A stretch of DNA of 64,000 nt. Source: an uncultured Planctomycetota bacterium. Lineage in GTDB: Bacteria; Planctomycetota; Planctomycetia; Isosphaerales; Isosphaeraceae. The notes under the pieces are model-generated. The model was not told where the DNA came from and made no database searches. It saw only the letters and a program-made list of their open reading frames with translations. Made by a program: the position numbers and the translations under genes. Each line of letters begins with the position of its first letter. Positions within the stretch are counted from its first letter, which is position 1. Where the stretch lies: NCBI GenBank assembly GCA_963823665.1, contig CAWGMQ010000003.1, positions 960,001-1,024,000 of the forward strand. The letters run 5' to 3'. Positions 1 to 11,450 of the stretch are shown here, piece after piece.

Positions 1-83
1 CACCGCGAATCCCATGCCCGTTCGCGGCCGCCGCTCAAGTCGGCGTTCTCTCCAATCGTTCAAATTGTCAAAGACCCAAAGAC

Positions 84-116
84 CCGACGAACAACTGACA
101 ACCGACAACTGACAAC
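84..116 (+). repeat. Short 7-bp tandem repeat (ACAAC[T/C]G) downstream of the first gene
   Basis: cgacgaacaactgacaaccgacaactgacaaca read directly. Confidence 0.6.
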
Positions 117-126
117 ACACAATCTT

Positions 127-1895
127 TCATTTCGCCCCTGCCCGCGCCGCCTCCTTGTTCCTCCGCCGGCGCTCACGCCGCGACCCTCCGCCGGCCGCGC
201 CATCTCGATTCCCGAGTCGAACGGCGTCCCGCAGACTAATCCCCGGCCGCAACAGACGCTCCGCACCACGCATCGCCCCGGTCAGGCCCGTGTCAAACCG
301 CACAGACCGCACGACCTCGCGTTCGTTTCGCACCACTTCGTCTTCCACATCGCCCTTGCCGCGGACGCGAGCGACGGCCTCCGAAATCGCGCTGGCTTCG
401 TTTCGCAACGAGCCCCCCGCATCATCGGTTGTCCCTTCAGTCGCGCAACTTACGTCCTTGGGTTCGTTTCGCAAAATCGCTAGAGCGCCCATCCCAGCAG
501 CCTCATCGCCGTTCCTGCGCAAGAGCGACAGCCTCGGAAACCACGGTGGGTTCGTTTCGCAACGAGCCCCCCGCATCGTCCGTTGTCCCTTCAATCGCAC
601 CACTTACGTCCTTGGGTTCGTTTCGCAAAACCGCCAGAGCGCCCGTCCCAGCAGCCTCATCTCGCCGCGGCAAAACCGCCGGCGATTCCTCCTCCGTCCC
701 CTCGTCATCAAGGTTCCAACCGGCCCAACCGTCGAGCGCATGTTGATGACCATCTTCATGATCATGATCATTGCCAAGATGATCATGATCATCGCATTCA
801 GGCACCAGCCAACCCGCCGACGGAAGCAGATAGGTGTTGCTGCGTCCCCGGCCGCTTTTCGATCGTTCCTCGTTCAGCTTCTTCAGGTCGTTCGTCTTCC
901 GGTCCATCAACCGGCCCCACGCGAATTCATACCGCAGCATGAGCAGGCCTTCGTGGCTCAAATCGAACTTGGCGAGATCGGGCGCCAGTTCGGCCATCAG
1001 CTCGGTCCGCTCCCGGTGAGAGTGGGCCTTTTCTTCGAGTCTCTCGATCTCCAGGTGAACAACCCCGATCAAATGCTCGCGCGCCGAGTCTCGGTCCATT
1101 GCGGGCTTCTGCCCGACCAGCCGCTGGTATTGGTTTTCAAGCACCGGCAGGTCATTCGCCGAGACAACCTCGTTCCACACCTCGCTGACCAGGCTTCCCG
1201 CCGTCGGGTCAAGCGTCTGGCACGCCTGGAGCATCGACGTGAAATCGTCGTCGAGATAGGCATCCATGGGGTGAATCCCCATGAGCCGCATGGCGCGAAA
1301 TCGCTCCGATGCGTTCCATCCCTCGCCTCGCTCGATCGGTGCCAAGCAGCGCATTCCACTCGATGAGCAGCCAACCGACGCCGAGCGGATTGGACTCAAG
1401 TCTCCGGACAACGCCCGCCGGGCGCTTTTGCCCAGCGCCGTCGAGCTTCCCCTTGCACGCTTTGCCCGCTTCCGCGTCGGGCAGTTCACCACGTGGGAGC
1501 ACGGTCGGCCTCCCGTTTGGTGCGCGGTACAGCTCCGCCGCCAGCTCGGTCCGCTCGTTCTCCAGCCGTTGCTGTTCGTCGGCATGGCCCGTCACAGCCC
1601 GAGTATGCAGCCGCGCCCACCCGGCCTCGCGGCAGCGCTTGACCTGCCACGAGCAATAAACCGCGTCCTCCGTCAGAACCACCTCATAAGGATTCTGCGG
1701 CATGAAATGATCGAAAAACGCTTTCGTCCGCTTGTTGAACTCCGCAGGCTGCTCTGCCGGCAGCAACACGAGCTTCGCAGTGCATGCATGCTTCACGGCG
1801 TTGTATTTCGAACGATTCTTACCCTCAATCGTCCGAGGCCCAGTGCTATGTTTGGCATTCTGCTGATTACGTCTGATTTGTGCTGAAGTTGTCAT
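127..1895 (-). CDS. Hypothetical protein with N-terminal NxxNAxxSTGPRTxEGKxxSxxNAxxH motif, His/Asp-rich patch and C-terminal LRNE(P) repeats; split by two frameshifts (~1343, ~520)
   Basis: ORFs 1209-1895, 503-1585 and 127-603 join into one protein (..WNALL|APIERGEGW..; LRNEP repeats continue across frames). Confidence 0.7.
322..665. repeat. Five copies of TTCGTTTCGCA (322, 397, 463, 551, 617), four of them within a 2x ~154-bp tandem duplication
   Basis: Read directly; 397->551 and 463->617 are both 154 bp. Confidence 0.9.
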
Positions 1896-2280
1896 CTTGC
1901 GCTCCGTTCCCTTGAGAGGATCTTTCCTATATTCATGTCGTTTCCGGCTCTCGAGTCGCGGTCCCTCCCCCGCGCCACCGCCACTCGCCGAGCCTTCGCG
2001 ACGTGCTTTAATAAGACTGTACGCCAGATTCCCCCAGTCGCAACTCTCGCCGCAAATTTCGCGTGCTCATAAATTGATAAACTCGCGCAAAACGGCGCGA
2101 CCGTTAGAATCCGGAATCCATGCCACGCACGTGTGGCACTGACGAACTCAGTGGTCCGGTGTAGCAGGCATACTTCGTGTGCCGTCAACCGAAGTTGCCG
2201 GTTGCATGGCACTGACTATGCGAGCGTCCGTTAACGCGAGCGCGATCCTTCAGTCCCGAAAGGGGCCGTATTCATTACAC

Positions 2281-2303
2281 GTAGGGTCCGCCATTGCGAA
2301 CCG
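2281..2303 (+). repeat. GTAG-type REP-like palindrome
   Basis: GTAGGGTCCGCCATTGCGAACC: GTAG tetramer followed by an imperfect palindrome, intergenic. Confidence 0.45.
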
Positions 2304-2337
2304 TCCCTTTTTGGGTTGGGCACTCGTGCGCCGCGGA

Positions 2338-4741
2338 TCAGCGCCCGGAGCGCGGCAGCTCCTCAACGAGCTCCGCGAGCAGTTTGCCCTGGAAGTCGGC
2401 TCGCATCGATTCACAGGCCTGCATTCGTGTGTCCCCGGGCTTCAGACGCACGATGGCCTTATCGATCGCGTCCACGGCGGCATCGAACGCTCGGCACTCG
2501 GCCTGAGCATTCGCCAGCGCCATCAGACAATCAACGCTCTTCCCGCCGGTAAGCGCGGCACGCTTCGGTAGCCGACTCCGTGGCGAGTCGCCCATCGCGC
2601 AGACGGACGTCAGAACATGCCGTTCGCAATCGGGCCCGCGCGAGATAAGCCCTCCAGTTGCCCGCGTGTTCGGGGGCGCGTCGGATCGCCTCATCGCAGT
2701 CCTCGAGCTCGTGCTGATAGTCCCGCTTCGCGTGGTAGATCTCGGCTCGCTCCGAGCACGAAAACCAGTCCCTTGGCTCGAGCCCGATCGCTTTGCTGTA
2801 ATCCGCGAACGCCAGGTCCAATTCCTTCCGACGCACCCGCGTGAACCCTCGCAGCGAATACGCCCCCGCATGTTTCGGCGATTCGCTGATGATGGTGTTT
2901 AATTCGGTGATCACGCGATCGTCTTGATGCAGACTGCTCAAGAGCCGGGCGCGATCGAACCGGATGGCCGTGTCGTCGGGCTTCAACTTCACGGCATGGT
3001 CATAGTCATCGAGCGCTTTGGCCAGGTCGTTCCTCGTCCATCGAACGCCCGCCCGCTCGAAGTAAAAATGACTGTTAACTGCGTCAAGGTCGATGGCCTT
3101 GTCGTAGTCCTTCTCGGCCTTTTCGTAATCCTTCTGCAAGTTTCGATAGTAGCCCCGGGAGGCGTAGCATACCGAAACACCCGGAGCCCGTCGGACTGCC
3201 TCATCGCATTCACGAAGTGCCTCAGCGTACTTACCCTGGAGCTCGTAGACGCGCGATCGTGTCAAGTACAAGCGATAGTCCGCCATTCCCAGCCGCAGCG
3301 CTTCGTCGAGATCCGCGTGGGCGTTCTTGAAGTCCTTCTGCATGCCGAGCACGGTGGCACGATTGAGGAAAGCGAGCGCGTCTGTGGGATCGAGCGCAAT
3401 CACCTTGTCGAAATCTGTACGCGCCCTGTCGAAAGAGCCTCGTTGCACGAGGATCAGACCACGCTCGGTGATCGCTGCCGTGTTCTTGGGATCTTGTCGG
3501 ATCGCCTCGTTCACGTCTGACATCGTCCGTTCGTCCGCCCCTAAGATGCCGAGATCTTTCGCCCAGAGTTGATGCGTGAAGGTTAACGTGCCTCGCTCAC
3601 GCTCCCAATCGAGGGCAACGGGGACCACGTTCTCTGAGCCAAGAGCCTTCGGATCGTGCGCGTTTTTCAACGAGCGCGTCATCGCCCGCATCGCCAGCGC
3701 ATCGGAGTTCTTGGGATCGATCTCAATCACCTTGTCCAGATCCAATCGCGCCGGGTCAAACTCGCCTTGGCTCAAGTGAATCTGTGCCCGAAGAAGCAGA
3801 GCATTGACGCGTTTCGGGTTCAACCGGATGCTCTCATTCAAGCCCGCAAGAGCCCCTTTCATGTCGCCCTTTTTCAGCAGCAGTTCGGCCTGCATTCCGA
3901 GTGCCCCGTCATTCTTGGGATTCAACCGCACCGCCTCATTGGCCTCGACGAGGGCTTTGTCGATTTCGTTGCGTAAGGCGAAATAGGCCGCCCGGCTCAA
4001 ACGCGCGCTCGAGCTCTTCGGTCCCAGTCGAACCGCTTCATTGAAGTCGGCAATTGCCCGCTCCGGTTTGGCTAGTTCAATCCAGGTTTGACCGCGCATG
4101 ATGTGGCACCAAGGGCTTTTGGGATCACACTCGATCGCCGTGTTCAGATCCGCGAGGGACTTTTCGTGGTCCTTGCGGGCGGAGTAATACTCGGCACGGC
4201 CGAGATAGGATTGTACATCATTCGGAGCGAGCTCGACTGCTCGATCAAGATCGCGCCCAGCAGCTTCGAGATCGCCAAGTTGCATGAGCACTCGCCCACG
4301 GATCACGTAGGCGCCAGCGTTTTTCGGATCAAGCCGGATCGCATCGTCACAGTCCATTCGTCCCTTCACCAGGTCGCGATTCTCCAACCGGGCCATTGCC
4401 CTCATCAGGTAATAGTAAACAACCTGCGGATTGTGTTTGATGCGCTCGCTGAAGAGCGCCTCGGCCTGTTCGATAGGGATTACCTCACTCGTTCGAGCAT
4501 CTCCCTCGCGTGCGTCAAGGTAGAGACGAATTCCATTGCCGTCGACCGTTTCGACAAAGAAGACGTTCAAATTCGATTTGACAGAAATCACGTGCGGTCC
4601 GTCTTTGAGAACGAAATCCGGCGATCTCGCCATGACCTCCATGCCGCGCTCGAGCTTTGGCTCCTGGGCGCGAGCCCACGGTGCGGCCAAGCAAACGCCA
4701 ACAAGCCACGCGAGAGAAACTTTCATTCGACTGGCACGCAT
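2338..4741 (-). CDS. Secreted tetratricopeptide-repeat protein (paralogue A); frameshift near 2550
   Basis: Signal peptide, many AIRLDP..A..RG TPR units; C-terminus DCLMALANAQ lies in ORF 2338-2871; GGAGGAGG RBS. Confidence 0.88.
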
Positions 4742-4786
4742 CGTAGCGACCTCCTCCTTGAAGTTCGAGCATCGTAACCGCGATTC

Positions 4787-7293
4787 TTACGGTGCAGACG
4801 ATTTCTCCGCGTTCAGCCCACCCTGCAAATTCATCTGGAAATGTTCTCGCATTCCCCGACAAGTCCTCAACCGTTTGTCGCTAGGCTTGATGAGCGCGAC
4901 GGCTGTATCGATCGCGGCGACCGCCGCGCGAAAATCCAGATTCACGTTCTGTGCGTTGGCCAGCGCGATCAGGCAGTCGGCGTCTTTCCAGGCCGTCAGC
5001 TCGCACGCCTTCGAGGCAGACTCCACGGCAAGACGCCCATCCCGCACCGTTTCGTCATTCGTTGACGATCGGACCCAGGCCCGCGTCCGATAGGCGCCGG
5101 CCGTGCTCGGGCTCTCCGGTGCTCGCCGGATCACTTCATCGAGGTCAACAAGCGCCTTCGCGTGCTCATCCATCTCATAAAGAACGACGCCGCGTTCGTA
5201 AAAGGCGAGTGTCTCCTTTGGATCGAGGCGAATCGCTTCGCTGAAATCAGCCACCGCCGCGTCGTACTGCTTCCTCCGCTTGCGTGTGAGGCCGCGCAGA
5301 CACAGCGCGACCGCATCGAGCGGCGGCTTGTTGATGATGTAATAGAGCTGGTCGGGCTCGGTGGCACCCAGATATCTGATGAGCCTCGCGCGCTCGAGCC
5401 GAATCGCCATTTCCTCGGGCGCTAGCGCCACAGCCCGGCCGTAGTCATCGAGCGCCTTAAACAAACCAAACTTGGCTTGCCACGCTCTCGCACGACCAAG
5501 GTGCGCACTGCGCGTTCCGCGGCTCCAGCTCGATCGCTTTATCATAATCTGCTAGAGCCAGATCGTTTTGTTTGAGCGCCCACCGAATCTCAGCCCGGTT
5601 GATATAGCACATGGGGTCGTCGGGACCGCGCCTGACGGCTTCGTCAGCCTCCGCAAGTGCTTGCTCGAATTTGCCCTGCAATCTGCTAAGGGAAGAGTCC
5701 TGGAGAAAAAGCCTGTATCCCGCAAACCCCAGACGACGCGCGTGATCCAGTTCCGCTCGTGCCCGGGTATAGTCCTTGAGCCGCACAAACAAAGCGCTGC
5801 GGTTGAGATAGATCAACTCATTGTTTGAATCGAGCGCGAGCGACTCATCCAGATCGGCACGCGCCTTCTCGCACAGGTTCCGCATCAAGTAGAACGCGCC
5901 GCGATTGTTCAGCGCGAGTGCGTCGCGTGGATTGTTGACGATAGCTTGATTCAGCGCGGCAAGTGTCATTTCGTCGTCTTTCGTCCCGCGCTTCACGGCG
6001 CCATTTGCCCGCAGACTCGCGAAGAGCTCGACGCCTGTTCGCTTTTCACCGACGCGAACGCTTCCGGTCAGGCCGGACGCCGACGCATCTTGGACTTGTT
6101 GCGCCATGAGCAAGTAACCCCGCTCGCCCGGCGCCGCTACATTCCGCGCCGTGACGCTCTTGGGATTTGACTCCTTCCGTGCGTCCAGATCGCGGATCGC
6201 CCTCTTCACGTCGCCCATCAGCACAAGCAACGCCCGGCGCAGCGAAAGCGCCTCTTCGTTTTCCGGATCGAGTCGCAAGGCTTCGGTGACGTCGGCGAGT
6301 GCTTGCTCGAATTTCTTGCGCTCGGCGAGGTACCCTGCCCGTGCGACCAGCGACTCGGCATCCTTCGGGCGGATGCGCACCGCCTCGTCCGCATCAGCCA
6401 GAGCCTTGTCGAGGTCGCCCATGGCCGCGGCGATCTTCGCCCGCATGATATAGCCGTCGGCTTCGCCAGGCTCCAGGCGAAGCGCCTCGTTTGCGTCGGC
6501 CAAAGCCTGATCGTACTTGCGCTGAACCGAAGTACTCGGCCCGAGCAAGGCGCACGGAAGCGCTACCGGGAGCCAAGCGAATCGCGTCACCGTAATCGCG
6601 GAGTGCTTTCTCATGGTCGCCCCGTTCCGCCCACACCGCCCCACGCAGCGCGTACACGCCCGGATTTTCCGGGTCCCGACGGATCGCTCTTTCAATGTCG
6701 GCCATCGCCTTATCTGCGTCTCCGAGTGCCAGATGGCAGCCAGCCCGGCAGAGGTAGGCATCAACAATTTTCTCGTTGAGCGCGATCGCCTGATCGAAGT
6801 CACCAAGCGCTTCTTTCAGGTCAACTTGCTCACCTCTGATGCTCCCGCGCAGCAGATAAGCCCAGGGGTTCTTGGGTTCGAGGCGAATCGCCTGCTCACA
6901 ATCCCGCAACGAGCCGGCCGAATCGTGCTGCAACACGCCCCGCACGAAAGACCTCATCAAGTAGCCATACACCGCCCGCGGGTTCGCCTTGATCTGCTCG
7001 CTGAAATACGCCTCAGCCTGGTCGACACGAACGACCTCACTCGCGAGAGCATCGCCCTCGCGGCCTGCGGCATACAACCGGACGCGGTCACCTTCGACCC
7101 GCTCCACGCGGCACTTGTCGAACAGCGAGCTAAGATGAATCACCTTCGCCCCGTCTCGGAGAGTGAAGTCCGGCGATTTGGCGACGACACTCATGCCCGG
7201 CTCGAGCTTGGACTCCTGCGCACGAACAATCGGCGCCGCCAGACAGATGCCGGCGACCGCCCCAATCCGAACGGCGATATGACTTGCACGCAT
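4787..7293 (-). CDS. Secreted TPR protein (paralogue B); frameshifts near 6530 and 5500
   Basis: ORFs 6394-7329, 5457-6806 and 4787-5545 concatenate; start MRASHIAV after GGAGGAGG. Confidence 0.85.
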
Positions 7294-7338
7294 CGTCAAG
7301 ACCTCCTCCTTGAAGTTCGAGCATCCCAAGGATGATTC

Positions 7339-9528
7339 TTACGGCGCAGACGATTTCCCCGCGCTAAGCCCACCCTGCAAATTCATCTGAAAATGTTCTC
7401 GCATATCCCGGCAAGTCCTCATCCTTTTGTCGCCAGGCTTGATGAGCGCGACGGCTTTGTCGATCGCGGTGAGCGCGGCGCGAAAATCCAGATTCACGTT
7501 CTGGGCGTTGGCCAGTGCGATCAAGCAGTCAGCGTCTTTCCAGGCCGTCAGCTCGCATGCCTTCAAGGCCGACTCCACAGCGAGACGCCCATCGCGCACC
7601 GATTCGTCATGCGTTGACGATTGGATCCAGGCCCGCGTCCGATAGGCGCCGGCCGTGTTCGGGCTCTCCGGTGCGCGCCGGATCACCTGATCGAAGTCTA
7701 CAAGCGCCTTCGCGTGCTCATCCATCTCATAAAGAACGACGCCGCGTTCGTACAGCGCGAATGTCTCCTTGGGATCGAGGCGAATCGCTTCGCTGAAATC
7801 CGCCACCGCCGCGTCGTACTGGTGCCTCCGTTTCCGCGTGAGGCCGCGCAGACACAGCGCGACCGCATCGAGCGGAGGCTTGTTGATGATGAAATAGACC
7901 GCGTCGGGCTCGGTGTTACCGAGATATCTGATGATCCGCTCGCGCTCCAGGCGGATTGCCGTGTCGTCAGGCGCAAGCGACACGGCTCGGCCATAATCGT
8001 CCAGGGCCTTGATGAACTCCTGCTTTAACGCCCACGCTTCACCCCGCTTTGCACATCCGAGCGCACTGTTCGGATCGAGCCGAATTGCAGCGGCGAAGTC
8101 CGAGATCGCCAGGTCGTACTCGTGCCGCGATACGCGGATCTGCCCCCTGACGATGAAACACTGCGGCTCAAGCGGTCCCAGCTTGACGGCTCTATCGGCG
8201 TCGACCAGTGCATCGTCGAGGTTGCCCTGCGATTTGCTCAACCGTGACCGCGCGATGAAGATCGCGTATCCTCCGATGCCACGAGCAAGCGCCGCGTCGA
8301 GTTCGGCTCGAGCCCTCTTGAAATCGTTCTGCATCGAGTACAGCCCGCTTCGATTCAGATAAACGTTCGGCTCGGTCGGATCGAGCGAGAGTGCTTTATC
8401 GAGATCGGCCAGGGCTTTGTTATATTCACGCCGCGTTATGTAACGCAAGACTCTGTTCATGATTGCCGCCGCGCTTGCTGGGTGGTGTTTCACTGCGTCA
8501 TTAGCTGCCCGCAAAGCGACTTCCTCCGCGTTCGAAGCATCTTTGACGCCGGCCATGACCGGCACCTTTTTTGAAATCTCCGCCCCAAGCGACACACCAC
8601 CCTCAGCGGGCGTGATCGCATGTGCGGGATCTGCATACGGCCGAGCTTTGGTGTGTTTCGCGCCCAGGATTGCGGCTCGGAGCTCGAGCGCACGGTCATG
8701 GTTCGCATCAAGTTTGAGCGCCACGTCGACGTCGGAAAGGGCCATGTCTAGCTCGCCTCTTTGTGCGTGGACGAACGCTCGCGCAACCCAGGCCTCCACA
8801 TCCCTGGGCGCGAGCTGCACGCACCGATTCAGGTCCGCTAATGCCTTCTCCGTGTCTCCGCGACCCGAAAACAACCTGCTGCGCAAATCAAGGGCCTCCA
8901 CGTCGTTCGGCTCGAGGCTTAGGGCCTGATTCACGTCGGCGAGTGCCTTGTCGAAATCCTTGGCCAAACGATGGCAATCTGCTCGCGCCACGTAGGCGGC
9001 AGCGATTTTATTGTTCAGTCCGATCGCCTTGTCGAGGTCAACGAGCGCGTCTTTCAGGTTGTCTTGCCCCGCCGAGATTTCACCACGAACGAGGTACGCC
9101 CAGGGATTCTTGGGTTCGAGACGAACCGCTTCGTCGCAGTCAATTCGGGCGTTAACCAGATCGTCGCGAAAGCTGCGAACGGCCGCCCGCATCAAGTAGC
9201 CGAAAGCCATCCGCGGACGTGCTTGGATCTGCTCGCCGAAATACGCCTCAGCCTGATCCAGACGAATGACGTCACTCGCGAGGGCATCACCTTCGCGGCC
9301 GCCGGAATAAAGACGCACCCGGTCCCCTTCGACTCGCTCCACACGATAGATTTCGTACGGCGATGCGACAGGAATTACGTTCGCCCCATCTCGCAGAACG
9401 AAATCCGGAGACCGGGCGACAACCTTCGCGCCGCGCTCGAGCCCGGCCTCCTGGGCACGCACATCGGAGGCTGCCACGCACATCGCGACGATCAGCGCGA
9501 TCCCGTTACTGACGCTACTTGTCCGCAT
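7339..9528 (-). CDS. Secreted TPR protein (paralogue C), intact
   Basis: 729-aa ORF with signal peptide, TPR units and RBS. Confidence 0.92.
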   Translation of the reverse strand: MRTSSVSNGIALIVAMCVAASDVRAQEAGLERGAKVVARSPDFVLRDGANVIPVASPYEIYRVERVEGDRVRLYSGGREGDALASDVIRLDQAEAYFGEQIQARPRMAFGYLMRAAVRSFRDDLVNARIDCDEAVRLEPKNPWAYLVRGEISAGQDNLKDALVDLDKAIGLNNKIAAAYVARADCHRLAKDFDKALADVNQALSLEPNDVEALDLRSRLFSGRGDTEKALADLNRCVQLAPRDVEAWVARAFVHAQRGELDMALSDVDVALKLDANHDRALELRAAILGAKHTKARPYADPAHAITPAEGGVSLGAEISKKVPVMAGVKDASNAEEVALRAANDAVKHHPASAAAIMNRVLRYITRREYNKALADLDKALSLDPTEPNVYLNRSGLYSMQNDFKRARAELDAALARGIGGYAIFIARSRLSKSQGNLDDALVDADRAVKLGPLEPQCFIVRGQIRVSRHEYDLAISDFAAAIRLDPNSALGCAKRGEAWALKQEFIKALDDYGRAVSLAPDDTAIRLERERIIRYLGNTEPDAVYFIINKPPLDAVALCLRGLTRKRRHQYDAAVADFSEAIRLDPKETFALYERGVVLYEMDEHAKALVDFDQVIRRAPESPNTAGAYRTRAWIQSSTHDESVRDGRLAVESALKACELTAWKDADCLIALANAQNVNLDFRAALTAIDKAVALIKPGDKRMRTCRDMREHFQMNLQGGLSAGKSSAP

Positions 9529-9580
9529 GCGCGGGACCTCCTCCGTAAGGATCGCACGTGCTGCCGATACAGATCTCGGT

Positions 9581-10879
9581 CTAGTTTTGTTCTTTCTTCA
9601 AGCTCAGCACATAATCCCGCCATTCGGCGGCATCGGCATCCTTGGGATCGATTTCAAGGGCCTTGTCCAGATCCGATAGTGCTCGATCGAAGTCGCCTTT
9701 GTCGCAGTAAATCCTCGCGCGGGCAATCAGGGCATCGCTGTTCCGGGGGTTCGATTGCAGGCTCTCGTTCAAATCGCGCAGGGCATCCGCGACATGGCCG
9801 TTCTCGAAGTGAATTTGCGCACGAAGCAAGTGCCCCACGTCATCGCTCGGGTTCAAGCGCAGCACTTCCGTGACGTCGGCCTCCGCCTTATCCAGCTCGC
9901 CGCGGCCGATGAAAACATTCGCACGCCCGAGCAAGGCCTCGACGGCCTTGGGAACGAGGCGGATCGCCTCGTCGAAGTCGGCAAGCGCCTTGGCTTGATC
10001 GTCCATCCCAAAGCGGATCAACCCGCGCGTGGTGTAGGCATCGACGTCCTTCGCGTCGAGGCGAATCGCTTCATCCGCGTCGCGGAGCGCCTTATCGAAC
10101 TCGTCAATTGACCCGTAATACTCGGCTCGAGCGATATAGCCCGTGGTGCTCTTGGGATCCAAACGGACTGCCTCGTTGAAGTCCTCGAGTGCCTTGGCTT
10201 CGTCACCTTTTTCCTGCCAGATCGCTCCACGCAGTGCGTAAGCGGTGATGGATCTCGTATCCCGCTGAATCGCCTCATCAACTGCGGCCAAAGCCTTATC
10301 GAAGTCGCGATTCTCGGCATGACAACTCGCCATGCCTGCGTAAGCGTCAGCAATCTGCTGGTCCAGGCGAATCGCGGTCTCGTAGTCGGCGAGCGCGTTC
10401 GTGAGATCGCCACGCATGCCTCGGAGATCCCCGCGCAGCAGGTAGCCCCAAGGATTCTTGGGCTCGAGGCGAATGGCCGTTTCGCATTCCGGAAGAGCAC
10501 CAGTCAGATCGCAGTGTTCATACAACCGCAGTGCGCACCTCATGAGGTATCCATGAACCTCTTGCGAATTCGCGCTGATCCGATCGCTGAAATAAGTCTC
10601 GGCCTGTTCGACGCCAACAATCTCACTCGAGCGAGCGTCGCCGGCGCGACCGCGGTAATGAAGTCGGATGCGATCCCCGTCGACTTGCTCCACACGGTAA
10701 TGGGACAGCGGAGATCCACGACTGATCACCGTCGTCCCGTCACGAAGAACGAAGCCCGGCGAGCGGGCAACGACCCAGTCGCCCGCTTTGAGTTTGGCCT
10801 CCTGGCCACGAGCCGCCGGCGCCGTCAGCCAGATGCCAGTGATCAACGCAATCCAAACGTTCATGTCCCGCACACGCAT
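9581..10879 (-). CDS. Secreted TPR protein (paralogue D, shorter)
   Basis: 432-aa ORF; same N-terminal ARSPxFVLRDG domain followed by TPRs. Confidence 0.92.
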   Translation of the reverse strand: MRVRDMNVWIALITGIWLTAPAARGQEAKLKAGDWVVARSPGFVLRDGTTVISRGSPLSHYRVEQVDGDRIRLHYRGRAGDARSSEIVGVEQAETYFSDRISANSQEVHGYLMRCALRLYEHCDLTGALPECETAIRLEPKNPWGYLLRGDLRGMRGDLTNALADYETAIRLDQQIADAYAGMASCHAENRDFDKALAAVDEAIQRDTRSITAYALRGAIWQEKGDEAKALEDFNEAVRLDPKSTTGYIARAEYYGSIDEFDKALRDADEAIRLDAKDVDAYTTRGLIRFGMDDQAKALADFDEAIRLVPKAVEALLGRANVFIGRGELDKAEADVTEVLRLNPSDDVGHLLRAQIHFENGHVADALRDLNESLQSNPRNSDALIARARIYCDKGDFDRALSDLDKALEIDPKDADAAEWRDYVLSLKKEQN

Positions 10880-11045
10880 GCTCGAGACCTCCTCCTTGAG
10901 AATCGATCGTGATGTCGAATCGAACGGGATGGACGCGCAAAGATAGAGAGAGCCCAGTTCCTGGCCGGGATCAATTCGCGCAAAACTGGGGCACTATGAC
11001 AGGAATCCGAAAAATGGGCAAGCCGTACCGCAACCAGCGGAAACA

Positions 11046-11450
11046 GACGCGACAATCGAAGAGCGGGGCCAGCACAAGCTCAAGTTGATCGGCTATCGCT
11101 ATGCGCCAGCCGGCTATGAACCCATCGCGCCGAACGAGCATGGTCGGATCTGGCTTGAGGCCGTCGGTGCGTGGCTGGGCGTCGTCCACGACGCCGACAC
11201 CGGAATGGATCGCGTCGCATGCTTCGATGCCGGCTCGCAAGCCGAGATCGGCGACTACACTGCCATCACGCAAGCTTATGCCCGGGAGGTTGAGGCACAC
11301 GCTCGATCAAAGAATCGAGCCGCGCAGGCTGAAGCCAAGGCCACAAAGGCTGAAGCCAAGGCCAAGGCCGAAGCCGAGGCGCGAGCGCTCGCCGAAACTC
11401 GAATTCGCGAGCTTGAGGCCCCGCTGAAGCGCACCACGCCCGACCGCTAG
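11046..11450 (+). pseudogene. C-terminal remnant of a Uma2-family endonuclease-like gene
   Basis: DATIEERGQHKLKLIGYRYAPAGYEPIAPNEHGRIWLEAVGAWLG plus Ala/Glu/Lys coiled tail; no N-terminal nuclease region or good start. Confidence 0.5.

Noticed and set aside
322..665. CRISPR array
   Set aside because: The repeat is only 11-15 bp, spacers are irregular and duplicated, it lies in a coding region, and no cas genes are present
155..1366. Long + strand ORF, and other long antisense ORFs such as 12943-14244, 40794-42014, 44701-46080 and 48513-50063
   Set aside because: Shadow ORFs opposite well-supported genes in GC-rich DNA, with no recognisable motifs
2130..2270. Hammerhead ribozyme (CTGACGA) or other RNA motif
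   Set aside because: No correctly placed GAAA or stem II/III pairing; only short local hairpins
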